A stretch of 64,000 bases of DNA from Minisyncoccota bacterium. GTDB taxonomy: Bacteria > Patescibacteriota > Minisyncoccia > UBA6257 > 02-FULL-45-10c. The stretch spans positions 29,819 through 93,818 of the forward strand of contig JAQUPE010000002.1 in assembly GCA_028716745.1 (NCBI GenBank). Direction: 5' to 3'. The first letter of the stretch is position 1, and the number at the start of each line of letters is the position of its first letter. Both the position numbers and the translations under genes were made by a program. The notes beneath the pieces were generated by a model. The model was not told the DNA's origin, did no database searches, and saw only the letters and a list, made by a program, of their open reading frames with translations. Shown in pieces: positions 1 through 8,957 of the stretch.

Positions 1-282
1 AATAATAAAATAAATAAAATCGCAATAGATTATTTCGGCGGCGGAAGCCCGAAATATTATCTCGGGGACAAGGCCGTAATTTGGAATTCATCTCTTGGAA
101 ATCCAAATGAAGACGGCGTTGAATGGGTGGCAATTTCTGCAAATTCACTGCAAAGCGCAATAGCAAAAACTGCGCCTGGATTTAACCGCAATCCCCAAGA
201 CGAATATCTGTGGCTTAAAAATCCTTACCAGCCAACCGCAAAAGCCGGAACTTCAATTTTTATTTATAAATTATCTGAATAA
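1..282 (+). CDS. 3' end of a CDS truncated by the window edge; possibly the C-terminal tail of a membrane (GT-C/ArnT-like) glycosyltransferase
   Basis: Frame 1 is open from base 1 to TAA at 280-282 (NNKINKIAIDYFGGGSPKYYLG...AKAGTSIFIYKLSE). The family guess comes only from recalled resemblance to CPR proteins. Confidence 0.45.
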   Translation, partial: NNKINKIAIDYFGGGSPKYYLGDKAVIWNSSLGNPNEDGVEWVAISANSLQSAIAKTAPGFNRNPQDEYLWLKNPYQPTAKAGTSIFIYKLSE

Positions 283-306
283 AAAAATACCGCGTTTGGG
301 ACGCGG
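281..306 (-). terminator. Intrinsic terminator for the minus-strand orphan genes
   Basis: Stem CCGCGT/ACGCGG (290-306) with an A-run at 281-287, which is a U-tract on the minus strand. Confidence 0.6.
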
Positions 307-335
307 CATAAATCTTGTTTTTACCGGATGATATC

Positions 336-494
336 CTATCTCATTGGTTTTTTATGAAATGACCTCGAGAAAAGAGATATCATAAACGAGTGAGATTCTA
401 TCGGAGTGGTTATTAGCACATTGTTTCTCCCGATATTCTCTCTTTTCGTTAGTCTTCTTTTTCTTTGTTTTAAAATCTTGCTAGCTGTTATCAT
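336..494 (-). CDS. Small basic orphan protein, 52 aa (MITASKILKQRKRRLTKREN...HKKPMR); not in the ORF track
   Basis: Hand-translated: ATG at 494, TAG at 336-338, AAGGAG SD 9 nt upstream; lies between the 516-812 gene and a terminator. Confidence 0.5.
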   Translation of the reverse strand: MITASKILKQRKRRLTKRENIGRNNVLITTPIESHSFMISLFSRSFHKKPMR

Positions 495-515
495 ACAGCG
501 CATCTCCTTTTCTAT

Positions 516-812
516 TCAGGCAGGCACTGCGTTTGATTCGGGGCTTGTCTCGCCTGCTCTTGCCGATTCCGATCCGGGAACTTCGTCTATCGGATCCGTG
601 ATGTTCATTTCCAGAATGGCGTCGGCCTTTGCGATCATCCTTCTTCTCACGCTGCGCGGCACCCTCTTTTCTCCCACCACGATGATGCCTTCCTTTTTGC
701 TCGCGATGATCTCGTAGCTTTCGCCTCCATGGTCTGTACGCAGCCTGACGCTGGAAACTTCCTCCGTCTTCTGGTCCCGGACAATCTTCACTGTTTTGAT
801 GCTGCTGCTCAT
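516..812 (-). CDS. Orphan hypothetical protein, 98 aa
   Basis: ORF with a GGAGG SD upstream, its own promoter, and GC-richer codon usage. Confidence 0.65.
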   Translation of the reverse strand: MSSSIKTVKIVRDQKTEEVSSVRLRTDHGGESYEIIASKKEGIIVVGEKRVPRSVRRRMIAKADAILEMNITDPIDEVPGSESARAGETSPESNAVPA

Positions 813-862
813 GTATTAACCCTCCGTACTCCTGTATTTTGAAACTTAAACAACTGGAATAT

Positions 863-891
863 ATTGTATAATAAATATGAGAATAAATCAA
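863..891 (-). promoter_or_regulatory. Sigma70-type promoter for the 812 gene
   Basis: TTGATT-17 nt-TACAAT on the minus strand. Confidence 0.55.
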
Positions 892-902
892 CCGGTCATT
901 TC

Positions 903-931
903 TTGACAAAATAGCAATAATATGCTATATT
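903..931 (+). promoter_or_regulatory. Sigma70-type promoter with extended -10
   Basis: TTGACA(903-908)-17 nt-TATATT(926-931), with TG at the extended position. Confidence 0.75.
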
Positions 932-1000
932 AAGAACTCAAATTCGATCTTCACAACAGAATATCCGGAAAAACAAAATATCTCAAAAAAGGAGCCCCAA

Positions 1001-1330
1001 ATGAACTGGCAAGAAAAACAAAGACAGGAATTGCACGCATTGGCGCTGGAAGCAAATGCGGCTATATACCGCAAAAACGCCAAGAAAAATTTCTGGAATG
1101 GCATCCGGGGACTCCTCTCTATTATCGGCGGATTGCTGATATTGGGAGGTCTTGAAGGGGCCATCGGAAACGATAATCCTTCCGGCCTCTGGGGCGTTGC
1201 TTTGGGAATTTTCTTTATAACCATATTCAACTGGGAAGCAATTTCCAGTTTTGTATGGTCATTTCTCAGAGAGCCCTACGAGATTCTCTGGTCCCGCTGC
1301 GTGAGAACTCTGCGCAAAAACGGCTGGTAA
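1001..1330 (+). CDS. Orphan membrane protein, 109 aa, two predicted TM helices
   Basis: AAGGAG SD; hydrophobic segments LLSIIGGLLILGGL and LWGVALGIFFITIF; flanked by a promoter and a terminator. Confidence 0.75.
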   Translation: MNWQEKQRQELHALALEANAAIYRKNAKKNFWNGIRGLLSIIGGLLILGGLEGAIGNDNPSGLWGVALGIFFITIFNWEAISSFVWSFLREPYEILWSRCVRTLRKNGW

Positions 1331-1348
1331 GCAAACCTCCCGTGCGAG

Positions 1349-1383
1349 AAAGGACTAGGCCCAAAGCCGATGTCCTTTTTTTT
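1349..1383 (+). terminator. Intrinsic terminator
   Basis: AAGGAC..GGC/GCC..GTCCTT stem followed by a long T-run. Confidence 0.65.
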
Positions 1384-1402
1384 ATTTAAAATTTACACTG
1401 GG

Positions 1403-1431
1403 TTGCAAAAATCGCAATATTATGGTATACT
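1403..1431 (+). promoter_or_regulatory. Promoter of rnpB
   Basis: TTGCAA-17 nt-TATACT with TG extension, ending 6 nt before the P1 helix. Confidence 0.7.
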
Positions 1432-1437
1432 ACTTTT

Positions 1438-1791
1438 GTTGACAATTTAAGATAATAGCTTCCGATATCTATCGGGAGAGGAAAGTCCGGACACTCGGCC
1501 TGATATTAATCAGGTAAAATGTAGCGGCTAACGGCCGCCGGCAGCAATGCAGAGGTGCGATCAGAAACGTTCCGAATCGAAAGTTTCGGAAAGACCTAAT
1601 CTCAAGCTAATCGGTCTAGTTCAGCTATAGAGATAAAAAAGCTGAAATGAAACGGCTAAATCCTTACAGAGTGCAAGGTTGTGCCCGCAAGGGAATACCG
1701 CTTGAGTCCGAGAGTAATCGAGGACCTAGATAAATTATTATCGTTCTAGCGCAAGTTAGAAAACAGAATCCGGCTTACTACTTGTCAACCA
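1438..1791 (+). ncRNA. rnpB: RNase P RNA
   Basis: Conserved GAGGAAAGTCCGG and ACAGAATCCGGCTTA (P4), plus TGAAACGGCTAAATCC and GAGTGCAAG; P1 is GTTGACAA/TTGTCAAC. Confidence 0.95.
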
Positions 1792-1820
1792 AAAACCCGC
1801 TGAAAGGCGGGTTTTTGTTT
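1791..1820. terminator. Bidirectional terminator between rnpB and rnhA
   Basis: AAAAACCCGC-TGAAAG-GCGGGTTTTT. Confidence 0.8.
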
Positions 1821-1833
1821 TATTAATAAAAAA

Positions 1834-2298
1834 TCAATTATCCAGCGCCTCATTAACCAGCTTATCCGCTTCTTTATTCTGCTCTCGCGGAATATGCATA
1901 AAGGAAACTTTTTTTAAATCTAATTTTAAATTCCAGATTTCCATAAACAACTTCTGCAAGCCCTCTTCTTTTACTTTATATTCCCCATTTAATTGTTTTA
2001 CCGCCAGCTCGCTATCTAGCTTAAAATCCGCTTCGGCATTTTTAATATCTTTTTTTCCAACCAATAATTTAAGCTTTTTAAGCGCAAAAATTACCGCTGT
2101 ATATTCAGCAACATTATTAGTGGTGCTTCCAATTTTTTCTCCATATTTTTTTATTCCGGCAGATGAATTTATCACAACACCGATTGCCGCCGGACTGGGA
2201 TTTCCTCTAGCTCCGCCGTCTGTATAAATAACGTATTTGCCCTGGCCCCTGGCCGGACAAGCGGACAGGCTATTATCCCCAAAAAGAGTTTTAGACAT
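1834..2298 (-). CDS. rnhA: Ribonuclease HI family protein with an N-terminal palindromic insertion
   Basis: Motifs YTDGGARGNP, TNNVAEY, DSELAVKQL and HIPREQNKEADKL. Confidence 0.9.
   Translation of the reverse strand: MSKTLFGDNSLSACPARGQGKYVIYTDGGARGNPSPAAIGVVINSSAGIKKYGEKIGSTTNNVAEYTAVIFALKKLKLLVGKKDIKNAEADFKLDSELAVKQLNGEYKVKEEGLQKLFMEIWNLKLDLKKVSFMHIPREQNKEADKLVNEALDN
2240..2271. repeat. Short GC-rich imperfect palindromic element, copy 1 (in-frame in rnhA)
   Basis: CCCTGGCCCCTGGCCGGACAAGCGGACAGGCT; aligns with 13416-13448. Confidence 0.75.
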
Positions 2299-3265
2299 GT
2301 TTATTTAAATATTCTACAACTTTATGCGCGGCATTTATAGCCTGATTTCTTGTTTTAAAATTGGCAGCTCCGGCAAAAATATGTCCCCCGCCAAAAAAAT
2401 CACGCTTAAGCAATTCTCCTATATTTACATGCCTTAACGGACGATTCCAAGGATTCGAACCAACATGTATGGCAAATGGCCTCTCAGAATGCCCGTGTTT
2501 TGAGATAAATACGTTATAACGGCAGGACGGATAAAGCTTATAAATCAAAAATCGCGGATCTATTAAATCCTTAGGGCTGGTATCCAAAAACACCACTTTC
2601 CCCTCCACTATATTTTCCTTTATAAAATTTACTGTTTTATCAAATTTTAATTTATAGGCCCTAATAACTTTTTTAATTTTTGGATGCCGGACTATTTGCT
2701 TCAAAGATTTTTCGGCAAACTCATTAATTAAAAATGCTTCAAAAGATCCGAAATTGCTTTCTTCAAGAAAAACATTGATTTGCATGGCAGGGTGATTTAA
2801 ATCAACCGCCTGGGAAGCAGATTTAAATTTTGCTCTGTCTATTATATCTGCCCATTTAACTAATGCCTTTAAATTTTTATTTAATTTAATTCCCAATATT
2901 TTTTCAAAGTGCTTTGCTATTAGTCCACAAGTAGAATCGCTATCCGCATCCAATAAATGAAGGTTGTCTTTTTTAAAATTGTTTTCCCACTCTTTTTTCT
3001 TAAAAGTAGATTTATGATGGTCAAACCAAATCTCTGCCCTGGGATGATACCAGAAATCCGTAACTATTATCGGATATTTTTCTTTCAAGGATTTCCATTC
3101 TTCGAAAGAAAACCCATGGCCCATAAATTTAAATTTTTTGATATTTGATCCGCAAGATTTCAGAAAATAAAGAAGAACCGCCCCCGAGGCGATTCCATCA
3201 AAATCATGATGATAATAATATGAATAATTTTTGGAAAAATTAATTTTGCTTTTCTTCTGCTGCAT
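2291..3265 (-). CDS. DHH family phosphoesterase
   Basis: Motifs HHDFDG, TDF, FDHH and a C-terminal GGGH. Confidence 0.85.
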   Translation of the reverse strand: MQQKKSKINFSKNYSYYYHHDFDGIASGAVLLYFLKSCGSNIKKFKFMGHGFSFEEWKSLKEKYPIIVTDFWYHPRAEIWFDHHKSTFKKKEWENNFKKDNLHLLDADSDSTCGLIAKHFEKILGIKLNKNLKALVKWADIIDRAKFKSASQAVDLNHPAMQINVFLEESNFGSFEAFLINEFAEKSLKQIVRHPKIKKVIRAYKLKFDKTVNFIKENIVEGKVVFLDTSPKDLIDPRFLIYKLYPSCRYNVFISKHGHSERPFAIHVGSNPWNRPLRHVNIGELLKRDFFGGGHIFAGAANFKTRNQAINAAHKVVEYLNKHV

Positions 3266-3269
3266 TTAT

Positions 3270-4307
3270 CTATTTTAAAGCCTTAATTCCGGGCAATTTT
3301 TTACCGGCTAAAAATTCCAGCATTGCTCCTCCGCCGGTTGAAAGAAATTTTATTTTTTTATCAAGATTTAATCCCACCAAAAAATTAGTAGTCTCTCCCC
3401 CGCCGACGATAGTAAAAGCCCCGGAATTAATAATCATCCTTGCGATAGACGCCGACCCGATGGCATATCTTTTCTTTTCATTAAAGCCAACCGGACCATT
3501 CCAAATAATAGTTTTAGCTCCCTTGATAAGCTTTCTGTATTCATTGATTGTTTTTGGACCGATATCCAAATGATTATTTCCCGATTTTGCGCTATCAACC
3601 GGCAACACTACTTTTTTCATTTTTAAATAAGGCTTTACTTCTCTGCTGCTCAAATTCAAAGCCGAGCTGCCAAGCAAGAAATATTTAGCCTGTTTGGACA
3701 AATTCCTAATAATGCCTATTTTATCGGTTATTTTGGACCCTCCCAGAATAACAACCAGCGGTTTTTTAGGCCTAAAAGCTAAAGATAAATTTTTAATTTC
3801 CTGTTCCATTAAAAGGCCCGCATAGCTCGGCAAATATTTTGTTATCGCCGCCACGGAAGTATTCGCCCGATGGCTTACCGCAAAAGCATCATTAACATAA
3901 AAATCTCCCAGGCTTGCCAATTTTTTGGCAAGAGCCGAATCATTTTCTTCCTCCTCTTTTAAAAAACGCAGATTTTCCAGCAAAAAAATCGTTCCAGGCT
4001 CAACGAGCTTTAAATACATTTTTATTCCGTTAAAATCAAAGCTTCTCAAAAAAATTACTTTCTTGCCTATTTCTCCTGACAAAGTTTCTGCCATTTGTTC
4101 CAAGCTCAAATTCTTATCAGCTCCCTTCGGCCTCCCCCGATGGCTTAAAATTAAAACTTTTGTATTTTTTTCAAGCAAAAATTTTAAAGTCGGCAAAATC
4201 GCTTTAATGCGAAAAATATCTTTTGGAGACTTTAAATTAAAATCAACCCTTAAAAGGCATGTTTTGCCCGTTAAATCTTTGCCGGCAAGTTTTTTTAAAT
4301 ATTTCAT
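3270..4307 (-). CDS. pgk: Phosphoglycerate kinase
   Basis: LRVDFN, SHRGRP, LLENLRF, VNDAFAVSHR, IIWNGPVG, STGGGAMLEFL. Confidence 0.95.
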   Translation of the reverse strand: MKYLKKLAGKDLTGKTCLLRVDFNLKSPKDIFRIKAILPTLKFLLEKNTKVLILSHRGRPKGADKNLSLEQMAETLSGEIGKKVIFLRSFDFNGIKMYLKLVEPGTIFLLENLRFLKEEEENDSALAKKLASLGDFYVNDAFAVSHRANTSVAAITKYLPSYAGLLMEQEIKNLSLAFRPKKPLVVILGGSKITDKIGIIRNLSKQAKYFLLGSSALNLSSREVKPYLKMKKVVLPVDSAKSGNNHLDIGPKTINEYRKLIKGAKTIIWNGPVGFNEKKRYAIGSASIARMIINSGAFTIVGGGETTNFLVGLNLDKKIKFLSTGGGAMLEFLAGKKLPGIKALK

Positions 4308-4313
4308 TTTATT

Positions 4314-5348
4314 CTAAAGAAGAAACCTGCTGATAAAAAATAGAATCAGTCCTAGCGCGCTAATAACAGCTGAGATAATCCAAAATCTCATTGTTACTTC
4401 CGTTTCCGGCCAGCCAATTGATTCAAAATGATGATGCAGAGGCGCCAAGGCAAAAACTCTTCTTCCAAAAAACTTCCTGCTAATTACCTGAATTATCACG
4501 GACAAAGATTCTATCAGCGGAATAAAAGCGAAGAAAGGCAAAAACAAAGCTGTATTTGTAAGAAGCGCAACAACTCCCATTGTTATTCCTAGCGCCATTG
4601 AACCGGTATCTCCCATAAAAAATTTCGCCGGATAAATATTAAACCACAGAAATGCCAGCAATGCCCCGATAAGCGTTCCGCAAAAAGCCGCTATATGATA
4701 TTTTCCCAAAGCAAAAGCCACTATAACCAGCGCGCCAAAACTAAAAAGCGAAACTCCCCCGAGAAGCCCGTCCAGTCCATCTGTTTCATTTGCCGAAAAA
4801 GCGCTGGCAATCATGATGAACATAAAAATCGGAATATACCACCATCCTATTTCCACATTTCCATAAAAAGGAACATATAAAGTATTAAAACCCAGCTTGA
4901 AATAAAACCACCATCCGCCGATAGCGGCAATAATCGCATAAAGAATAAGTTTTTGAGAAACCTTAAGTCCTCCGCCGTTTGCGCCAATTCTCAAGGCTCC
5001 CATTATGTCGTCAAATAAACCGAAGGCTGCCGCAAGAAACATCGCCGCTAACGGCAAATAAGTTTCGGCACGATCAATAAAATTTAAATATCCCCAAAAT
5101 CCGTCGAAAATCCAGGCCAGCAAAGCCACAACCGCGGCAATTCCAAAAACTGTCGCCCAAATAATAATCCCTCCCATCGTCAGGGTATTTTCTTTGTGCT
5201 TATGAAGATTATAAAAAACCGGAACATTGCGAATCTGTTTGTTCGCATGTATTTTTTTCAACAATTGAACGACAAAGGGCGTAATTAGCAATGCCGCCAA
5301 AAATGATATTGTCGTTAAGCTTAATATGCGTGCTGCTTGGAAAATCAT
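4314..5348 (-). CDS. mraY: Phospho-N-acetylmuramoyl-pentapeptide transferase
   Basis: TMGG, NETDGLDGL, FMGDTGS, APLHHHFE; multiple TM helices. Confidence 0.95.
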   Translation of the reverse strand: MIFQAARILSLTTISFLAALLITPFVVQLLKKIHANKQIRNVPVFYNLHKHKENTLTMGGIIIWATVFGIAAVVALLAWIFDGFWGYLNFIDRAETYLPLAAMFLAAAFGLFDDIMGALRIGANGGGLKVSQKLILYAIIAAIGGWWFYFKLGFNTLYVPFYGNVEIGWWYIPIFMFIMIASAFSANETDGLDGLLGGVSLFSFGALVIVAFALGKYHIAAFCGTLIGALLAFLWFNIYPAKFFMGDTGSMALGITMGVVALLTNTALFLPFFAFIPLIESLSVIIQVISRKFFGRRVFALAPLHHHFESIGWPETEVTMRFWIISAVISALGLILFFISRFLL

Positions 5349-6226
5349 ATTTTTTTAACCCAATTTAAAACTTTTAAAGTTTCCCCAAATCTATTTTCCG
5401 ACCCCAAAACTACAATAAATAATTCCTTATCTCCATCTTTAAATATGGATATAAGATTGCCTTTAGAAGTCTCTATATACCCGGTCTTTCCTCCTAAAAA
5501 GTCATTTCTTCCGGCAAATTCATTGATACTAGAAAGCGTCTTTTTTCTGCCTCTGCTTATATCCCATAATTCTACAACATTTTGCCTGGAAACGTCCAAA
5601 ATACCGCGCTGATTTTTATATATATACTTTGCCAATCTTCCCAGATCTTCTGCCGTAGATTGATTCAAAAAAGACAAGCCTGACTCGTCAAAAAAAGTTG
5701 TTTGAAACATTTCAAGCTCGGCAGATTTTTTTTGCATTGCATCAATAAATTCTTTTTCTCCATAAAACTTTGATATGGCAGTAGCCGCATTATTGCTGGA
5801 AACCGACATCATCGCCTTTATTAAATCTCCAAGCCTGTAAACCTCTCCTTTCACCAAACTATTAAAAGCATATGAAGAATTATGGTCATCCACTACTGGA
5901 ATTTTTTCGCTGACGCCTATCTGCTCCGAAGCAATAAGGGCTGTCATTAATTTAGTCAGCGAAGCGCAGGGCCATCTCTCGTCGCCTTTTAAATTTAAAA
6001 AAATCTTGTCGCTATTTAAATCACCGACTAAAACAGACTTAGCGCTCAAATTTAAATCTATAGCATCCAAATCTTCTTGCATCACAACTGCCTCTACGGC
6101 AGCTAAGCTGGAGCTCTTTAAATTTTCTCCATAAGAAATCTCTGCGGATTTTTTGTCTCCAAACATAATCCCCCCAAAGACAAAAATGGCCAAGACTATG
6201 ACGATTGGCAAAATAAATTTTTTCAT
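5345..6226 (-). CDS. D-alanyl-D-alanine carboxypeptidase (peptidase S11 family)
   Basis: SxxK (ASLTKLMT), SxN (SSN) and KTG motifs; N-terminal anchor. Confidence 0.85.
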   Translation of the reverse strand: MKKFILPIVIVLAIFVFGGIMFGDKKSAEISYGENLKSSSLAAVEAVVMQEDLDAIDLNLSAKSVLVGDLNSDKIFLNLKGDERWPCASLTKLMTALIASEQIGVSEKIPVVDDHNSSYAFNSLVKGEVYRLGDLIKAMMSVSSNNAATAISKFYGEKEFIDAMQKKSAELEMFQTTFFDESGLSFLNQSTAEDLGRLAKYIYKNQRGILDVSRQNVVELWDISRGRKKTLSSINEFAGRNDFLGGKTGYIETSKGNLISIFKDGDKELFIVVLGSENRFGETLKVLNWVKKI

Positions 6227-6243
6227 AAATAAAATTAACTGCT

Positions 6244-6957
6244 TTACTCCGATGGATTTTCCTCTGAAATAATTTGCTTAGGTTCTTCTTGCTGGGCAGG
6301 CTGCTCTACCAAATTTTCTTCCGGAGCTTTTTGCTGAGGAGCTTCTTGCGGAATAGGCTGCGCTGCAGAACCTTCTTCAAAAACTCCCTGTTCTGGAGCC
6401 TCCGGCTTTGCGAGCTGTACCGATTCTTGGTATAGCAAATTTACCAATCCGCTATATTTCTGAAATTCCGGCACCTCCTCATTAGAAGAAATTCCCAGCC
6501 TCTTAAGCAAATCAAAAGTTATCTTATATACATAGGCATTTCCTCCCCTTGGATTGTCCTTCCTTTCTATAAGCCCTCTCATTAAAAGGCTCCTCAATAT
6601 AAAACTCGAATTGACCCCTCTTATGTACTCAATGTCGGCGCGAGTAATCATCGGCGAATAAACTATAATAGACAGAGTTTCGAGCGCCGCGGGAGTAAGC
6701 TCGTCGGTATATTCCTGCTTTATCAAAGATTCTAAAATATTGGAAAACTCCGGCTTAGTCGCCAACTGCACCTTTTCCCCGTCTTTCATCAAAGTTAAAC
6801 CTCTTTCCGCCCTGATTAATTCAGCCTCTAATGAAGCTAAGGCAACCGAAGTCTCCTCCTCCGACAGACCCAAAATCTTCCCGATTTTTTTAATCTCTAT
6901 CGGCTCGCCATATATAAATAGTAAGGCCTCTAATTTTGATAAAATATTTCCTTCCAT
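6244..6957 (-). CDS. scpB: SMC-Scp complex subunit ScpB
   Basis: LEALLF, AALETLSIIVY, ITRADIEYIRGVNS; P/Q/E-rich tail. Confidence 0.93.
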   Translation of the reverse strand: MEGNILSKLEALLFIYGEPIEIKKIGKILGLSEEETSVALASLEAELIRAERGLTLMKDGEKVQLATKPEFSNILESLIKQEYTDELTPAALETLSIIVYSPMITRADIEYIRGVNSSFILRSLLMRGLIERKDNPRGGNAYVYKITFDLLKRLGISSNEEVPEFQKYSGLVNLLYQESVQLAKPEAPEQGVFEEGSAAQPIPQEAPQQKAPEENLVEQPAQQEEPKQIISEENPSE

Positions 6958-7667
6958 TAGTCTTGCTTTTTGTTAATTATAATATCAGAAAACTGCCCGT
7001 CTTGTTTAGCCTCTATAATCCTGTCGCGCAATAAATGAAGAATTGCCAAAAAAATCATAATGACCTCCATTTTTGATTTTTGGCAGGACAAATCGCAAAA
7101 ATTATGATTGGCTCCCTCTGTAAATCTCAGCATCAATTCTTCCATTTTTTCTTTTACTGTAATTACAACTTTTCTGATGGACTGCTTTTCCGGAACCAGC
7201 TTCTGAAGATCGCTTACCACTTTGCAAATTGACGCTTCTAATTCCTCAATCGTTAATTTAGACGGAGGGCAAAACACCGCCGGCATATTGGACAAAAATT
7301 CTCTTGAAAAAGATTGTTTATTTTTATTCCATTCTTTTCCTATGTTTATCGATGCTATCTTATATTCTTTATAAATTTTTAATCTAGATTCCAAGTCCTT
7401 AATATCTGCTTCTTCTTCATTGCTTAATTCCAAAGACGGCAGAAGATTTTTAGATTTAATAAGCAAGAGACGCGAAGCAACAACGACAAAATCCGCAATC
7501 ACGCTCGGGTGCTTTGATTCTTCCGCCAAGGATTTCAAATAATCCAGAAAGTCGGCCGTTACCTCGGCCAAACTGATGGTGGTTATTTCCATCTTTTTTT
7601 CCTCTATCAATTCCAGCAATTTATCCAGCGGTCCGGAAAATTTATCTGTTTTTATTTCGTAAGGCAT
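6957..7667 (-). CDS. scpA: Segregation and condensation protein A
   Basis: FSGPLDKLLELI, RLLLIKSKNLLP, FLAILHL; start moved to the ATG at 7667, which overlaps the upstream stop. Confidence 0.9.
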   Translation of the reverse strand: MPYEIKTDKFSGPLDKLLELIEEKKMEITTISLAEVTADFLDYLKSLAEESKHPSVIADFVVVASRLLLIKSKNLLPSLELSNEEEADIKDLESRLKIYKEYKIASINIGKEWNKNKQSFSREFLSNMPAVFCPPSKLTIEELEASICKVVSDLQKLVPEKQSIRKVVITVKEKMEELMLRFTEGANHNFCDLSCQKSKMEVIMIFLAILHLLRDRIIEAKQDGQFSDIIINKKQD

Positions 7668-8884
7668 TATAATTCTTTTACTAAAAGCGCTCCTTGAGTA
7701 TAAGTATTTGAAGGATCCCAAAGCATCCAGCCCATCGGCGTAGTCGAAGCAGCCTTCTCCGCTGCGGTTATTTGAGCTCTCACTCTTTCCGCGGTATAAG
7801 TCGCGCCCAGGTTAAAATCCTGAAGCCACGGCCTTAATTGAGGAAAACTGGTCGCCGTAGTTGAGGCAGACCACATATAATTTTTCAATCTTTTCTGCGC
7901 ATCGCTCATTGATTTATAAACAACCTCATATGGATAAAGAGCCGGATTCTGATAACCATTAAATCCTTTCGTGTAATGAGACGGATAAACCATCGGCGCA
8001 ATTGCGTCAAAATATGGGAACAAATCATCCAAATTTTGCCCGATTCCCAAATCGTCATAATTAACCGTCACCAATCCAAATAAATCAGCCGAGATCTTCG
8101 CGCCCGCTAAAGACTCGCGCAAATATTTGCTGAAATTTTTAATTACTATGTGCTTATAGGTTTTTCCGTTCCACACCGGATATTTTATATCTTTCATATT
8201 TCCGTCCGAAGCAAATCTCATATAATCAAAATTTACTTCATCAAACCCGTGCGCCAAAGCATCTTTGGCAATAGCTATGTTGTAGTCCCACACTTCCTGC
8301 GAAGACGGGTCCATCCATTCCAATCCTTTTTTATCTTCCCAGACTCTTCCCGTTGAACTGCTATGCGCGGCCAAATCCGGACGATTTTTCGCCAAAATCG
8401 GATCTTGAAATACCGCCAATCTCGCAATCACATAAATTCCCTCATCATGAAGCTCTTTAATTAAACTATTTATTTTTGGAATTTTTATTTCTTCCGCTCC
8501 ATATTTTCCAACCAAATCATAATCCATATCGTAGGCTACGGTTCCCGAATAATCTTTGATATCTATCACTATGGCATTAAGCTCCGTTTCTTTTATAAGC
8601 TTTATAAAATAATCTATTTTCTTTGCGCTGCTCGCAGACCACGCTGTCGCATAAACTGCTTTGATAACTGTTGGGGGATTTTCTAAAGGTTTTTGTATTT
8701 CTATATCCGTAACTAAATTTTTCGGTTTTTCTACTTCTGCAGATACAGCTACCACTGCCGCTTCTTTTTTGCCGATGCTATCGATATTAATTCCCGATAA
8801 ATCTATTTTATTTTGCGCTGATAACAGCAAAAAAACGCCGGCTCCGGCTATCACTAAAAGTAAGGGCTTAATTAATCTATGCAC
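7667..8884 (-). CDS. Secreted putative glycoside hydrolase (DUF4015-like)
   Basis: LNAIVIDIKD, GFDEVNFDYMRF, PMVYPSHY, RPWLQDF; N-terminal anchor. Confidence 0.8.
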   Translation of the reverse strand: MHRLIKPLLLVIAGAGVFLLLSAQNKIDLSGINIDSIGKKEAAVVAVSAEVEKPKNLVTDIEIQKPLENPPTVIKAVYATAWSASSAKKIDYFIKLIKETELNAIVIDIKDYSGTVAYDMDYDLVGKYGAEEIKIPKINSLIKELHDEGIYVIARLAVFQDPILAKNRPDLAAHSSSTGRVWEDKKGLEWMDPSSQEVWDYNIAIAKDALAHGFDEVNFDYMRFASDGNMKDIKYPVWNGKTYKHIVIKNFSKYLRESLAGAKISADLFGLVTVNYDDLGIGQNLDDLFPYFDAIAPMVYPSHYTKGFNGYQNPALYPYEVVYKSMSDAQKRLKNYMWSASTTATSFPQLRPWLQDFNLGATYTAERVRAQITAAEKAASTTPMGWMLWDPSNTYTQGALLVKEL

Positions 8885-8957
8885 GTATGTATTCTACTTA
8901 AAAATAAGCGTATTTTCAACCTTTTATTTCCAGCCATTATAGATGTATAATTTGAAA
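8885..8957. promoter_or_regulatory. Divergent leaderless-type promoters for the DUF4015 gene and dnaX
   Basis: Minus strand: TAGAAT(8891-8896)-6 nt-GTG(8884). Plus strand: TATAAT(8946-8951)-6 nt-ATG(8958). Confidence 0.6.

Noticed and set aside
406-1230. ORF-track entries 406-717(+), 481-909(-) and 925-1230(-)
   Set aside because: Shadow ORFs overlapping genes that have SD, promoter and terminator support.
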